Shown piece by piece: positions 42,278-52,446 of a stretch of 64,000 bases of DNA. The notes below the pieces were generated by a model. It ran no database searches. It was not told where the DNA came from and was given only the letters and a program-made list of their open reading frames with translations. Each line of letters begins with the position of its first letter. Position 1 is the stretch's first letter. The position numbers and the translations under genes are program-made. Source of the DNA: Cyanophyceae cyanobacterium (GTDB lineage Bacteria > Cyanobacteriota > Cyanobacteriia > Cyanobacteriales > JBHJGN01); NCBI GenBank assembly GCA_050331735.1, contig JBHJGN010000046.1, forward strand, positions 1 to 64,000, in the 5' to 3' direction.

Positions 42278-45200
42278 ATGAATGAAAAAAGCAAATTTGT
42301 TGTTTATACAGTTTTAACTGGCTATCAAGAAAACATCAGAAATCCCTTTCCTGCAAAATCCATTGGTTATGAAAGAATTTGTTTTACAGATAATCCGGAA
42401 TTAAGATCAGAAAATTGGTCAGTTATATACATAGATACACACCATTTAAAAGAAGCAAGAGAGTCTCGACGACCAAAGTTACTGCCACATCGTTTTTTGC
42501 CAGATTTTGAATACAGTTTGTACATAGATAATACTGTTGAATTTAAAACTGATCCCTTAGATATTTTTAATAAATATACAAGACTGGATTCTTCACTGAT
42601 TTGCTTTAAACATCCTTGGCGTGACTGCATATATGAAGAAGGTGAAGTTGTAATTCAATCAGGGATAGATGATGAATACAGGGTTAGAGAACAATTAGAC
42701 TTATATTATTCACAAGGTTTTCCTAAACACAGTGGATTAATTGCAGGAACAGTCTTATTACGCAAACACTCAGATCCCAAATTGATAAGTTTGACAGAAG
42801 AATGGTTTGAGCATGTGCTAAGTTTTTCCAAAAGAGATCAAATTTCTTTTCCTTTTGTTGCATGGCATAGAAAGTTCAATTACTCAACATTTGATGAGTC
42901 ATTACTATCTAATTCAATGATCGATTGGTTAGCACCTAAAAGAAGTTTTAGAAGAATACCACAAGATTTTAAAGACAAGGTTTATTTGTGGTTAAATCCA
43001 GAAGTTGTAGCTTCTAATATGTCGCCAAGAAAACATTATTTAGAAATAGGTGCTGCAAAGAGGTTGCCTTATCGGAAGTATACATGGGAGCTTGAAATAC
43101 TTGCAAATAAATATAAAACTGACAAAGGGAATCTTTATTATAATTGTCATGGTTATGCTTCAGTTTATCAGAAATATCTTTCTAAACACAAAAAAACTAA
43201 TATAAATTTACTAGAAATAGGTCTTCTCAGGCATGACGTTCAAAAGCGAAAGCCAGGTGGCCCTTACAATGATGTGCCTAGCTTAAAGATGTGGAGGGAG
43301 TATTTTCCTAAAGCGTTTATTTTAGGCTTTGATATTGCTGATTTCTCTGAATGTGTACCGCCAGAAAATGTTAAAATTATACGCGGCGATATGGGTAAAA
43401 TATCCGATCTTGATGCTTTAGTTCAAGAAAGCCCAGGAAAATTCGATATTATTATCGATGATGCTAGTCACGCATCTCATCATCAACAAATAGCATTAGG
43501 ATATTTGTTTAAGCATCTTCAAGAAGGTGGATTTTACATCATCGAAGATCTACATTATCAACCTGCCGATATAGAACACCCAAATATAAAAAAAACTATA
43601 GATATTCTTAAATCTCTTGAAAGAGGAATTTTAGATGAAACTAAGTTTTTAGACTTTGAAGCATTAAAATATATTCAAGACAATATTGATTTTATTCATT
43701 TTTATGACAGCCAGGATCGGCAGTTTGGTCAAATTCATAATGATGCTCTTGCAATAATAAAGAAAAAAAACATTTCTTTAAAAAAAGAAACTAAAAATTA
43801 TAGTCAGTTTACAACTAAATACTTAGCACAACAGTTTTATATGCAAAATCTACGAATTGATTTAGGATGTGGCGCTAATAAAGATGAGTGTTTTATAGGT
43901 GTAGATATTCGTCCAGTTCCAGGAGTAGATATTGTTGCCGATTTATGTAAAAAGTTTCCATTTAAAGATAATAGCGTGGACGAAATTAAAGCACACGACA
44001 TTATCGAACACCTTCCAGATAGAATTCACACGATGAATGAGATCTGGAGAGTTTGCAAGCATGATTCAAAAGTTGATATTCTCGTACCGTCTACAGATGG
44101 CAGAGGAGCTTTTCAAGATCCTACCCATGTAAGTTTTTGGAATATCAACTCTTTTAAGTACTATTGCGTTGAGTTCCCTAAGTATCTAGAACTATGTCAA
44201 AGCTATGGATTTAAAGGAGCATTTAGAATTGAAAGTTTAGAGCATATAGAGTCAAATGATAAAGTAATTCATGTTAAAGCACAACTTTCTGTAGTAAAAT
44301 CAGCAGACAACAAAATAGATAATGCTGCCACACATGCAGGGATAGAATTGCTAGGCGTAGAAAATAAGTCAAAAAAAATTGTAGAAAAAAACATTAATTT
44401 AAATAGTAAAATTGGAAAAGACTTAGACTGTATTCTTTCTCCTCAAATTTTTCAGAAAATTGGAGAAGTAGATCGGCATTTTTGCCACATGCAGCAATGT
44501 ATTAATAGTATTCACACTTCTATTCTAGGAAATCTTGATTCCTCATACTGGCAGCACATAGTTACTGAATTTACTACTCGCGCGAACCTTATTTATTCAT
44601 ATTTCGCTAAAGCAAATCTTAAAGATATTTACGTCAAGCGTGCTGAGATAATAGAATTTTTCTTAAAGCACCAGGGACATCAAGTCGATTCCGAATTTTC
44701 CCAGAAACCACAGGCACGAAAAAAACTTCGCTTAGGTATTCTCTCAGCACATTTTACCCCTACCGCAGAAACTTTTGCGTCACTTCCTGTCTACGAATAC
44801 ATTAGCAGAGATTTTGAAGTAATTCTATACTCGCTCAAGCAAACTATTCATCCTTTGGAAGAATACTGTAAAAGTTGCGCTAACTCCTTCAAACTCTTAC
44901 CAGGAAACCTGAAAGACCAAGTTAATTCAATTCGAGCTGACGATCTAGATATATTATTCATTGCTACCAACGTTACGGCTGTAACTAATCCAATCTGTCT
45001 GCTCGCTATACACAGACTCGCTAGAGTACAGGTTACGAGCGTAGCATCCGTTGTAACAACCGGAATACGAAATATTGATTACTATATTTCTGGTCAACTG
45101 ACAGATCCTTTATCAGAAGCACAGCAACACTATCAAGAGAAATTAATTAAGCTTGAGGGAACCGCTCACTGCTTTAGCTACGGTTCAGAACAAGGTAACG

Positions 45201-46288
45201 CAACGATAAAAGTTACTAGAAATAGTTTAGGCATTTCTGAAGAAGCTATCGTTTTCATCTCTGGCGCTAACTTCTTCAAAATCATCCCTGAACTTGTTCA
45301 CACCTGGGCAAAAGTTCTTGCTACCATTCCTCAATCAATTTTAGTCCTTTTGCCCTTTGGACCAAACTGGTCGAATACTTATCCTAAAGAGCTTTTCAGC
45401 AATCACGTTAGTCAAGTACTGTCTGACTATGGAGTAGCAGCAGATCGACTAAAAATTCTAGATCCTCAGCCAGTACCGAATCGTTACGATCTCAAAGAGT
45501 ATTATAAAATCGCAGATGTATATCTAGACTCTTTCCCCTTCTCTGGAACGACCTCATTGCTAGAACCGCTAGAAGTCGGTTTACCAATTGTTTCTAAACA
45601 AGGAACCTATCTTCGCTCTGCAATGGGAGCTGCACTTTTGCGATCGCTACAAATCCCCGATCTCATCGCCGATAGTGAAGAAGCATATATGCAATTAGCG
45701 ATCGCCCTCGGAACTAACCCAGAACTACGCCAGCAAAAGAGTGAACAGATCAAGCAAGCAATGCAGAATAATCCCAGCTTCTTAGATAGTCGCTCCTACT
45801 CTGCCAAAATGGGAGCTGTTTTCCAAGAACTCTTCCATAAATACCAGACAGATGCTCTAGCCAAACAACTCAACCTCAGAGACACTAACCTCATCATCTT
45901 TCCCAACTGGTCAGCCCCCGAAGCGGATCTCGGCTTAGAACTACAGCAAGTCGTCAAAGCGATCGCCCTCCACCCCAACCCCAGCACTCTCACTCTCCTT
46001 GTAGACACCACCGACATCTCTGAAGAAGATGCCAATCTCTTCCTATCTGGCATCGCCATGAACCTAATGATGGAGGAAGACATTGAAGTATCGGATGACG
46101 TGCAGATCTCTTTAACTGGAAAACTCAGTACTCCTCAATGGCAAACCCTGCTCCCCCACTTCCAGGGACGAATTGCCCTCGAACATGAAGACCAAGCAGC
46201 CATTCAGCAAGCCGCCGCCGAGTCTTTATCAGTTTATGCTCTCGACAGTTTTAACCAGTTACTCGGCGATCCTTTAACTCCAGCTTAA
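42278..46288 (+). CDS. Multidomain protein: DUF616-like glycosyltransferase, two class I SAM methyltransferases, and a GT41 (O-GlcNAc transferase/HMW1C-like) domain
   Basis: VYTVLTGY/YICFTD-like/HPWRDCIYEE/RDQISF (DUF616-like); LLEIG, DIIIDDASH, YIIEDL; IDLGCG, FQDPTHVSFW; IRADDLDIL, LARVQ, ADVYLDSFPFSGTTS (GT41). Confidence 0.8.
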   Translation: MNEKSKFVVYTVLTGYQENIRNPFPAKSIGYERICFTDNPELRSENWSVIYIDTHHLKEARESRRPKLLPHRFLPDFEYSLYIDNTVEFKTDPLDIFNKYTRLDSSLICFKHPWRDCIYEEGEVVIQSGIDDEYRVREQLDLYYSQGFPKHSGLIAGTVLLRKHSDPKLISLTEEWFEHVLSFSKRDQISFPFVAWHRKFNYSTFDESLLSNSMIDWLAPKRSFRRIPQDFKDKVYLWLNPEVVASNMSPRKHYLEIGAAKRLPYRKYTWELEILANKYKTDKGNLYYNCHGYASVYQKYLSKHKKTNINLLEIGLLRHDVQKRKPGGPYNDVPSLKMWREYFPKAFILGFDIADFSECVPPENVKIIRGDMGKISDLDALVQESPGKFDIIIDDASHASHHQQIALGYLFKHLQEGGFYIIEDLHYQPADIEHPNIKKTIDILKSLERGILDETKFLDFEALKYIQDNIDFIHFYDSQDRQFGQIHNDALAIIKKKNISLKKETKNYSQFTTKYLAQQFYMQNLRIDLGCGANKDECFIGVDIRPVPGVDIVADLCKKFPFKDNSVDEIKAHDIIEHLPDRIHTMNEIWRVCKHDSKVDILVPSTDGRGAFQDPTHVSFWNINSFKYYCVEFPKYLELCQSYGFKGAFRIESLEHIESNDKVIHVKAQLSVVKSADNKIDNAATHAGIELLGVENKSKKIVEKNINLNSKIGKDLDCILSPQIFQKIGEVDRHFCHMQQCINSIHTSILGNLDSSYWQHIVTEFTTRANLIYSYFAKANLKDIYVKRAEIIEFFLKHQGHQVDSEFSQKPQARKKLRLGILSAHFTPTAETFASLPVYEYISRDFEVILYSLKQTIHPLEEYCKSCANSFKLLPGNLKDQVNSIRADDLDILFIATNVTAVTNPICLLAIHRLARVQVTSVASVVTTGIRNIDYYISGQLTDPLSEAQQHYQEKLIKLEGTAHCFSYGSEQGNATIKVTRNSLGISEEAIVFISGANFFKIIPELVHTWAKVLATIPQSILVLLPFGPNWSNTYPKELFSNHVSQVLSDYGVAADRLKILDPQPVPNRYDLKEYYKIADVYLDSFPFSGTTSLLEPLEVGLPIVSKQGTYLRSAMGAALLRSLQIPDLIADSEEAYMQLAIALGTNPELRQQKSEQIKQAMQNNPSFLDSRSYSAKMGAVFQELFHKYQTDALAKQLNLRDTNLIIFPNWSAPEADLGLELQQVVKAIALHPNPSTLTLLVDTTDISEEDANLFLSGIAMNLMMEEDIEVSDDVQISLTGKLSTPQWQTLLPHFQGRIALEHEDQAAIQQAAAESLSVYALDSFNQLLGDPLTPA

Positions 46289-46393
46289 AAACCAGACAGT
46301 CGATCGCCCTTTAACAATAGGGCAGAACTTAACTAGCGATCGCTACTGATTTCTAGCCAACTTTACTCCACACCGTAGTTCGATACGCAAAAT

Positions 46394-47917
46394 TCATTCA
46401 ATTGAGTCGCGGTGACGATAACGGCGGTAATAGAGAGCAAGAATTTGCTCGGTCACAGCTTGAATGTTTAAATCATCCGTATTGATTTCAACGGCATCGG
46501 CAGCTTTTCGCAGCGGGGAAAGGGACCGACGACTATCTAACTGGTCGCGTCGTTCAATCTCTTGCTGAAGCTGCGCTAGGTCAACTTCCGGTAGCTCCTC
46601 GGCACGGCGCTTGGCTCTTTCGGCGGCTGAAGCAGTTAGAAAAATCTTCAACTCCGCCTGGGGAAAAACGTTGGTGCCAATATCTCTGCCCTCGGCAACA
46701 ATGCCGCCGTTTTGGCCGATCTCTCGCTGCTGTTTGACTAACTTTCGGCGAACGGCGGCTTGGGCGGAGACGGCTGAAACGTTGGCCGTTACTTTTGGCG
46801 AGCGAATTTTGTCCGTCACATTTTCCCCATTGACCTTAACCTGAACGGGTTCTGAGAAAGAATCTGCCGGGACCACATCTATTTGAATGTCCTCAACTTG
46901 TTCAGCGATCGCCACCGCATCCTCGACATCAATGCCAGAGCGCAGCACCAGCCAGGTGACGGCGCGATACATAGCTCCTGTATCTAGGTACAGTAACCCC
47001 AACTGATGGGCGACTTGACGCGCCACCGTTGATTTTCCCGCTCCGGCTGGACCGTCAATAGTAATAATGGGCTCGCGGTGCTGCAACACGACGTTATCAA
47101 TCAAGCGCGTCGAACCGACCGTGCAGGCGATCGCCAATAGTCCGGCTTGCTCGATGCTAGTGAGCGGTTCTAAGGTGTCAGGATGAACTAACTCAATGTA
47201 TTCTACCTCAACCCCCGATTCTGCCATTAAAGTCTGCTGAACAATTCCTAATAATTCAGCGCTCTTTCTCTCCCCGCGTTCAAATTCCGCTTGCGCTCTT
47301 TCTAAGCTGCGAGACAGAGACAACGCCTGCTGCTGCTCTTGGGCCGAGAGATACTGATTGCGCGAACTGAGAGCGAGTCCGGCTTCTTCTCGGACAATGG
47401 GACAGGTGCGAATCTCTACCGGGAGCTTGAGATCGGCCACCATGCGCCGCACAATCGCGACCTGCTGAGCATCTTTCGCTCCAAAATAAGCCACATCTGG
47501 CTGCACAATATTGAGCAATTTACTAACCACCGTAGCCACTCCCTGAAAGTGTTTGGGACGATGGGGACCGCAAAGAACAGCTAGCATGGACGCTGGCGGG
47601 ACGACGACTGTCGATTCTTCTCCTCCCATTTCTGCACTGCTGGGAGCAAACACCGCATCAACGCCTATTTGCTCGCATACCCGGCAGTCTTGATTTAGCT
47701 GACGAGGATATTTATCAAAGTCCTCTTCAGGACTAAACTGAAGCGGATTGACAAAAATACTAACGATAATAAGATTACTTTCAGCAACCGCCCGCTTGAT
47801 TAAGCTCACATGACCATTATGTAAAGCTCCCATCGTCGGCACTAGGGCAATCTTCTGGTTGGGTTGCTGGCGTTCTAAATAAGTCCGGAGTCCAGCAACT
47901 GTTTTAAGTAGACGCAC
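46394..47917 (-). CDS. panC/cmk: Bifunctional pantoate--beta-alanine ligase / cytidylate kinase
   Basis: VPTMGALHNGH and LALSSRN, followed by IDGPAGAGKST, DTGAMYR, EGRDIG. Confidence 0.96.
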   Translation of the reverse strand: MRLLKTVAGLRTYLERQQPNQKIALVPTMGALHNGHVSLIKRAVAESNLIIVSIFVNPLQFSPEEDFDKYPRQLNQDCRVCEQIGVDAVFAPSSAEMGGEESTVVVPPASMLAVLCGPHRPKHFQGVATVVSKLLNIVQPDVAYFGAKDAQQVAIVRRMVADLKLPVEIRTCPIVREEAGLALSSRNQYLSAQEQQQALSLSRSLERAQAEFERGERKSAELLGIVQQTLMAESGVEVEYIELVHPDTLEPLTSIEQAGLLAIACTVGSTRLIDNVVLQHREPIITIDGPAGAGKSTVARQVAHQLGLLYLDTGAMYRAVTWLVLRSGIDVEDAVAIAEQVEDIQIDVVPADSFSEPVQVKVNGENVTDKIRSPKVTANVSAVSAQAAVRRKLVKQQREIGQNGGIVAEGRDIGTNVFPQAELKIFLTASAAERAKRRAEELPEVDLAQLQQEIERRDQLDSRRSLSPLRKAADAVEINTDDLNIQAVTEQILALYYRRYRHRDSIE

Positions 47918-47954
47918 TCTTAACCTCCCGATCAGGCGAGTCAGGGTAGAGGAA

Positions 47955-48101
47955 GCGCCTCCGGCGCGGGAAAGGGGTAAGTGCCGTAGGCACGGGGAAA
48001 GGGACTCAACAGCGATCAGTTAAATGAACTAGTCTGGTCACTGCTCACTGTTCATTGTTTCCCCTTTTCCCATCCCGAACCCTTTCCCTGTCCCCAAGGA
48101 C
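47955..48101. repeat. Mini-hairpins in GGGAAA/TTTCCC tracts
   Basis: GCGCC-TCC-GGCGC 47955, GTGCC-GTA-GGCAC 47981, and the variant GTCC-CCAA-GGAC 48090. Confidence 0.7.
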
Positions 48102-48137
48102 TATTCTAGACAACCACCATAAGCGCTGGTCACTGCT

Positions 48138-48671
48138 TTAGCGTCCTAACACTTCTATCTGCACGGGAGCAATTCCACTCCGCACTAGGCCAATGGCTCT
48201 GGCGGCAGCAGCGGATAAATCAATCACTCGCCCACCAACAAAGGGCCCCCTGTCGTTAATGCGAACAATAACCGAGCGACCTGTATGGGAATTGGTGACT
48301 CGGACTTTGGTGCCGAAGGGCAGGCTACGATGAGCTGCGGTGAGAGCGTTCTGATTAAATATTTCTCCATTCGCGGTACGCCGACCGTGAAAACCAGGGC
48401 CATACCAAGAGGCCATTCCGCCGCCTCCTTTGACCATCTGAAGCAGTTGAGGCTTTAGGTTCGGTTTTTGGACACTAGGAGCCGATTTTTGAAGCTTATC
48501 CTGAGCGATTACTGTTGAATCTGATGTCACGATGTTAGCGTGACTTAGCTGACGAGCAAAGTTCGGTTTCACAGCAACTGCCTTTGTCAACGATTCAGAA
48601 ACAGAGAGAGCAGTTCCGAAAGCAGCAGTCAGGACAGCAGTAGAAAGGTTTCTCAAAAATTGCTTCTTCAT
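48138..48671 (-). CDS. rlpA: Septal ring lytic transglycosylase RlpA family protein
   Basis: [32 protein letters not shown]. Confidence 0.92.
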   Translation of the reverse strand: MKKQFLRNLSTAVLTAAFGTALSVSESLTKAVAVKPNFARQLSHANIVTSDSTVIAQDKLQKSAPSVQKPNLKPQLLQMVKGGGGMASWYGPGFHGRRTANGEIFNQNALTAAHRSLPFGTKVRVTNSHTGRSVIVRINDRGPFVGGRVIDLSAAAARAIGLVRSGIAPVQIEVLGR

Positions 48672-48816
48672 AAACTCATTACTTTGAATTTGACTTTCAA
48701 CAATGTCAAGTGTTTCTCTTAATGGGTGTTAGTGACTTTGCGTTGGTTAAGCTGACACAGACTATCACGAATTTCACATTTTAGGAATCGTCACCTACTG
48801 GACAGTTCTCCCAAAG

Positions 48817-48846
48817 TTTATTAAAGCTTTTAATAAAGTATTGACA
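48817..48846. promoter_or_regulatory. Palindrome next to a TTGACA -35 between rlpA and purM
   Basis: TTTATTAAA-GCT-TTTAATAAA (48817-48837), then TTGACA at 48841. Confidence 0.4.
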
Positions 48847-48980
48847 AATTAGACTAGAAAAGCTAAGAGGTAATTTTACTGAAGAGAGGAAAGACCCAGA
48901 GAGATGTTTCTCCGTTGGAGAACCATTGGTGGGGCGAAGAATAAGCTAGGATACTGGCGAACAACGCTGAGATTGAGCGG

Positions 48981-50006
48981 ATGGATTATCAAGAAGCAGG
49001 CGTAGATGTTGAGGCTGGGCGAAATTTTGTGGAGCAAATTCGCGCCCACGTACAGAGTACCTATCGACCTGGGGTTTTAGGGGGACTGGGGGGGTTTGGG
49101 GGGTATTTTCAATTACCCTCTGGCTACACCGAACCGGTGCTGGTTTCTGGAACGGATGGCGTGGGCACGAAGCTCAAAGTTGCTCAGGAACTGAACCGCC
49201 ACGGAACGATTGGCATTGACTTAGTGGCCATGTGCGTCAACGATGTTCTCACCTCGGGGGCAGAACCGTTATTTTTTCTCGACTACCTAGCAACCGGAAA
49301 GCTTAATCCGGCTCAACTCCCTGAGGTCGTGGCGGGAATCGCTGAGGGGTGTCAACTCAGCGGCTGCGCTCTGGTTGGAGGAGAAACGGCTGAAATGCCG
49401 GGCTTCTACCAGTCAGGAGAGTACGACCTGGCTGGTTTTTGTGTCGGAGTGGTGGAAAAAAGCCAGCTCCTCGACGGGTCGAAAGTCACAGTTGGAGATG
49501 TGGCGATCGCACTGGCAAGTCATGGAGTACATAGTAATGGCTTCAGCCTGATTCGGAAAATTGTGGAGAGTCGAGGACTAGACTGGAGCTGCTGTCCTCC
49601 GTCTCTAGGCGGTCAAAGCTTAGGTGAAGTGCTGCTTACCCCAACAGCTATCTACGTTAAGCCTGTTTTAGAGGCTCTCAGGTCAGGGATGGAAGTTCAC
49701 GGCATGGCTCATATTACGGGGGGAGGACTCCCAGAAAATTTGCCCCGCTGCCTCAAACAGGAACAAGCGATCACGATCGAGCGCGGAAGCTGGCCAGTGC
49801 CCCCGATCTTTGACTGGATCGCTGAGACGGGGAAAGTGGGCGATCGCGCTCTGTTTGAAACTTTTAACATGGGGTTAGGCTTCGTGCTGCTCGTCCCGCC
49901 TGAGCAGGCCCAGTCAAGCCTAGACTGGTTCGAGTTACAAAATATTCAAGCTTACCTAATTGGCAAGGTGACTGACGGGAAGAGGACCGTAAGCGGACTA
50001 CCGTAA
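48981..50006 (+). CDS. purM: Phosphoribosylformylglycinamidine cyclo-ligase
   Basis: [37 protein letters not shown]. Confidence 0.97.
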   Translation: MDYQEAGVDVEAGRNFVEQIRAHVQSTYRPGVLGGLGGFGGYFQLPSGYTEPVLVSGTDGVGTKLKVAQELNRHGTIGIDLVAMCVNDVLTSGAEPLFFLDYLATGKLNPAQLPEVVAGIAEGCQLSGCALVGGETAEMPGFYQSGEYDLAGFCVGVVEKSQLLDGSKVTVGDVAIALASHGVHSNGFSLIRKIVESRGLDWSCCPPSLGGQSLGEVLLTPTAIYVKPVLEALRSGMEVHGMAHITGGGLPENLPRCLKQEQAITIERGSWPVPPIFDWIAETGKVGDRALFETFNMGLGFVLLVPPEQAQSSLDWFELQNIQAYLIGKVTDGKRTVSGLP

Positions 50007-50187
50007 CCGCTCATTGATTAAAATATCTAATCTTGCTACAAAATTGCCAAATTGCTGGCATTTAAATTTTTAACTTCTGAAATAAGGAAAATGTATCTTA
50101 GGGAAGAAGACAGCAGTCAGTCACTTGCTTGGCAACGAAAAAAGGTGAGCTAATGCCAGTACCAGTAGCTGAGAAATGAAAATCAAT

Positions 50188-51130
50188 TTATGTGAAAATT
50201 GGTGCTTTCATTTCACTTTTATTCACTGCTCCTAAGGATTTGAGAGTGTGTTTTTGAGCCTCCGTTAAACCGATCGCGCCAGTAATGTTCATCCCCTCGT
50301 AAAGCCGGGGAACTCTTAGCGTCTTGATGCATTCCCCCGTCTTTACCACCCAGAGTTTCATCGTTTCGTCTTTACTGCCGCTGGCAATAATGTCACCGCT
50401 AGGACTGAAAGCAACAGCATTAACAGTATCACTGTGTCCCCGGAAAATTTTCAAGCATTGTCCAGTGTGCACATCCCACATTTGAATCGTTGGCTCCTGA
50501 GAGGAGGCATAAACAAGTATACGTCCACAAGGACTGAAGCAAAGCGAGCTAAATTTTCCTAAGTGGTCTGTAAAGTCCTGTACGCATTCCCCTGTGGTTA
50601 CGTCCCATAGTCTAATCTTGGCATCCTCGTGAGAGCTAGCGAGCCAGCGTCCTTGAGGACGGAACGCAACACACCAGATACCCCCCGCCTTAACGCACAG
50701 AGTCCGCTGGCATTGACCCGTGTTCACCTCCCACACTTTAGTAGTTTGATCGGAACTGCCGCTGGCTAATCTTTGACCGTCAGGACTGAAAGCGACTGAG
50801 AATCCCCAACTAGTATGCCCTTGAAGCGATCGCAGCACTTTGCCACTGCTCACGTACCACAGCTTCACGCCGAACTCCTCATCTCTAAGTGCCCAAATCT
50901 GTCCATTGGGACTAAAGGCACCCCATTGAGGTCGAGAACAAATTGGTACAGTCTTGTCACACTTTCCGGAACTAACATTCCAAAGTTTTGCCATCGTATC
51001 TGTACTGCAACTAGCTAAGGTTTGACTCGTCTCTGATGACTGGTTCACGCCGAGAGGACTGAAGCTAACCGACCAGACGGAACTGTGATGACCCTGTATT
51101 TGAGTACATTGACCCTCGTTATTTAGTTGA
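50188..51130 (-). pseudogene. 5'-truncated WD40-repeat protein (C-terminal remnant of an NB-ARC/NACHT-WD40 type gene)
   Basis: WD40 repeats and the [26 protein letters not shown] tail. The WD40 reading ([14 protein letters not shown]) continues upstream of the called GTG up to an in-frame stop with no start codon. Confidence 0.75.
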
Positions 51131-51335
51131 GTTCATAGATTTCGAGGGTCGCGAATATGCAATGGCTGTATTGCAAGCTGATGAGGTTTTAGCTCTGTAT
51201 TATGAGTTAAGTTGAGTGAGCTAACATCAAAAAGCTTCTAGCACCGTTTAGCATTTTGTCATTGCTTCTTTGTAAGTGTTTTAGAACCAAAAAATTCAGC
51301 GAGCGCTTGGCTATGAATATTACGTAAATCACGCA

Positions 51336-51397
51336 ACATAACAACTAGTTAAACTGCTCAAGTTATTGTAGAGCAGTGTTTGAAAAACTTGTTATGG
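51336..51397 (-). other. attC-like recombination hairpin
   Basis: Minus strand: CCATAAC-AAGTT-TTTCAAAC-AC-TGCTC-loop-GAGCA-GTTTAAC-TAGTT-GTTATGT, i.e. R''/L''/L'/R' boxes with 5-nt spacers and an extra C in L''. Confidence 0.55.
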
Positions 51398-51584
51398 GGC
51401 GATCGCACATACGACAAGCGAGTTGCTGATGTCAATTCGGGATAGGCAACTACAAGCCAGGAATTATGCTAGAGCAGCAGGAAGCTTCTCGGTAACGAGT
51501 GATGAAATTTATAGAAGTTGTATGAGTATGGGTATAGCATCAGCTTCCGCTATCATAGACATCAGCAAACAGCTTTACCGACTT

Positions 51585-51809
51585 ATGAACTACCACGACA
51601 TCATCACAATCGAACCTGGCAAAAGAAGTGGTAAACCCTGTATTCGAGGAATGCGAATTACGGTGTATGATATTCTAGAATATCTTGCAGGCGGCATGAC
51701 AGAAAAAGAGATTCTAGAAGACTTTTCTGAACTCTCCTCCGAAGACATTAAAGCCTGTCTTGCTTTTGCCGCAGACCGCGAGAAGAAGCTATTCGTGGCA
51801 TTTTTGTGA
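51585..51809 (+). CDS. DUF433 family antitoxin
   Basis: ITIEPGKRSGKPCIRGMRITVYDILEYLAGGM...EDIKACLAFAA. Confidence 0.93.
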   Translation: MNYHDIITIEPGKRSGKPCIRGMRITVYDILEYLAGGMTEKEILEDFSELSSEDIKACLAFAADREKKLFVAFL

Positions 51810-52154
51810 AACTGCTTCTAGACGAAAACCTTTCTGATCGAATCATTGCCCGGCTCGTAGATCTGTATCCTAACTCAGCGCATGTCAAAACACTGGCGCT
51901 TGTTCAAAGTGATGATTTAATGATTTGGGAATATGCCAAAGCAAATAATTTTGTGATTGTTTCCAAAGATTCGGATTTTCACCAACGTAGTCTTCTTTAC
52001 GGTCACCCTCCGAAATTCATCTATCTCCGTGTTGGCAATTGTCCAAGTTGGCAATTGTCCAACCTCTAAAATTGTGCAAATCTTGCGGGACAATTATGCA
52101 ACGATTAGCCAGTTTGGGGATGCAGAGCAAGAAAGTATCTTGGTGTTGGTTTGA
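51806..52154 (+). pseudogene. DUF5615/PIN-like toxin, frameshifted by a 16-bp tandem duplication
   Basis: MKLLLDENLS...VSKDSDF...GHPPK. GTTGGCAATTGTCCAA occurs at both 52031 and 52047; removing one copy restores GNCPTSKIVQILR...ILVLV*. Confidence 0.88.
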
Positions 52155-52166
52155 AGAGCAAGCACA

Positions 52167-52242
52167 GCCTAACAATTTAAATGCAGCGGACTTTAATAAA
52201 CCACTCAGAGCTAAAAATTACAGCGATCGCATCTCGTTAAAC
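52167..52242 (+). other. Degenerate attC-like site downstream of the TA pair
   Basis: GCCTAAC-AATTTAAATGCAGCGGAC begins 13 nt after the toxin stop; GTTAAAC (GTTRRRY) at 52236; the inner arm is not complementary and a HIP1 sits in its place. Confidence 0.35.
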
Positions 52243-52446
52243 CTCAAGGTCGAGCCAATGAAACCAGTGTAGAATCGGACAAGGAGACTATATGGAAAGA
52301 CTATTTTAAGGCATTACCTATACGGTGGAAACTGCCCCATCAAATGACCATTTCTTGAAGGGTACGCGCAGTCCTGATTGGATTGAGGTGTTAGGTAGTT
52401 CAAGAGCGTCGTTACCCAAATAGGGTGTCATCCAAAAAAAGTTTTG

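Noticed and set aside
51423..51584. N-terminal extension of the DUF433 protein in the ORF track
   Set aside because: Family similarity begins at the ATG at 51585; the extension looks non-coding.
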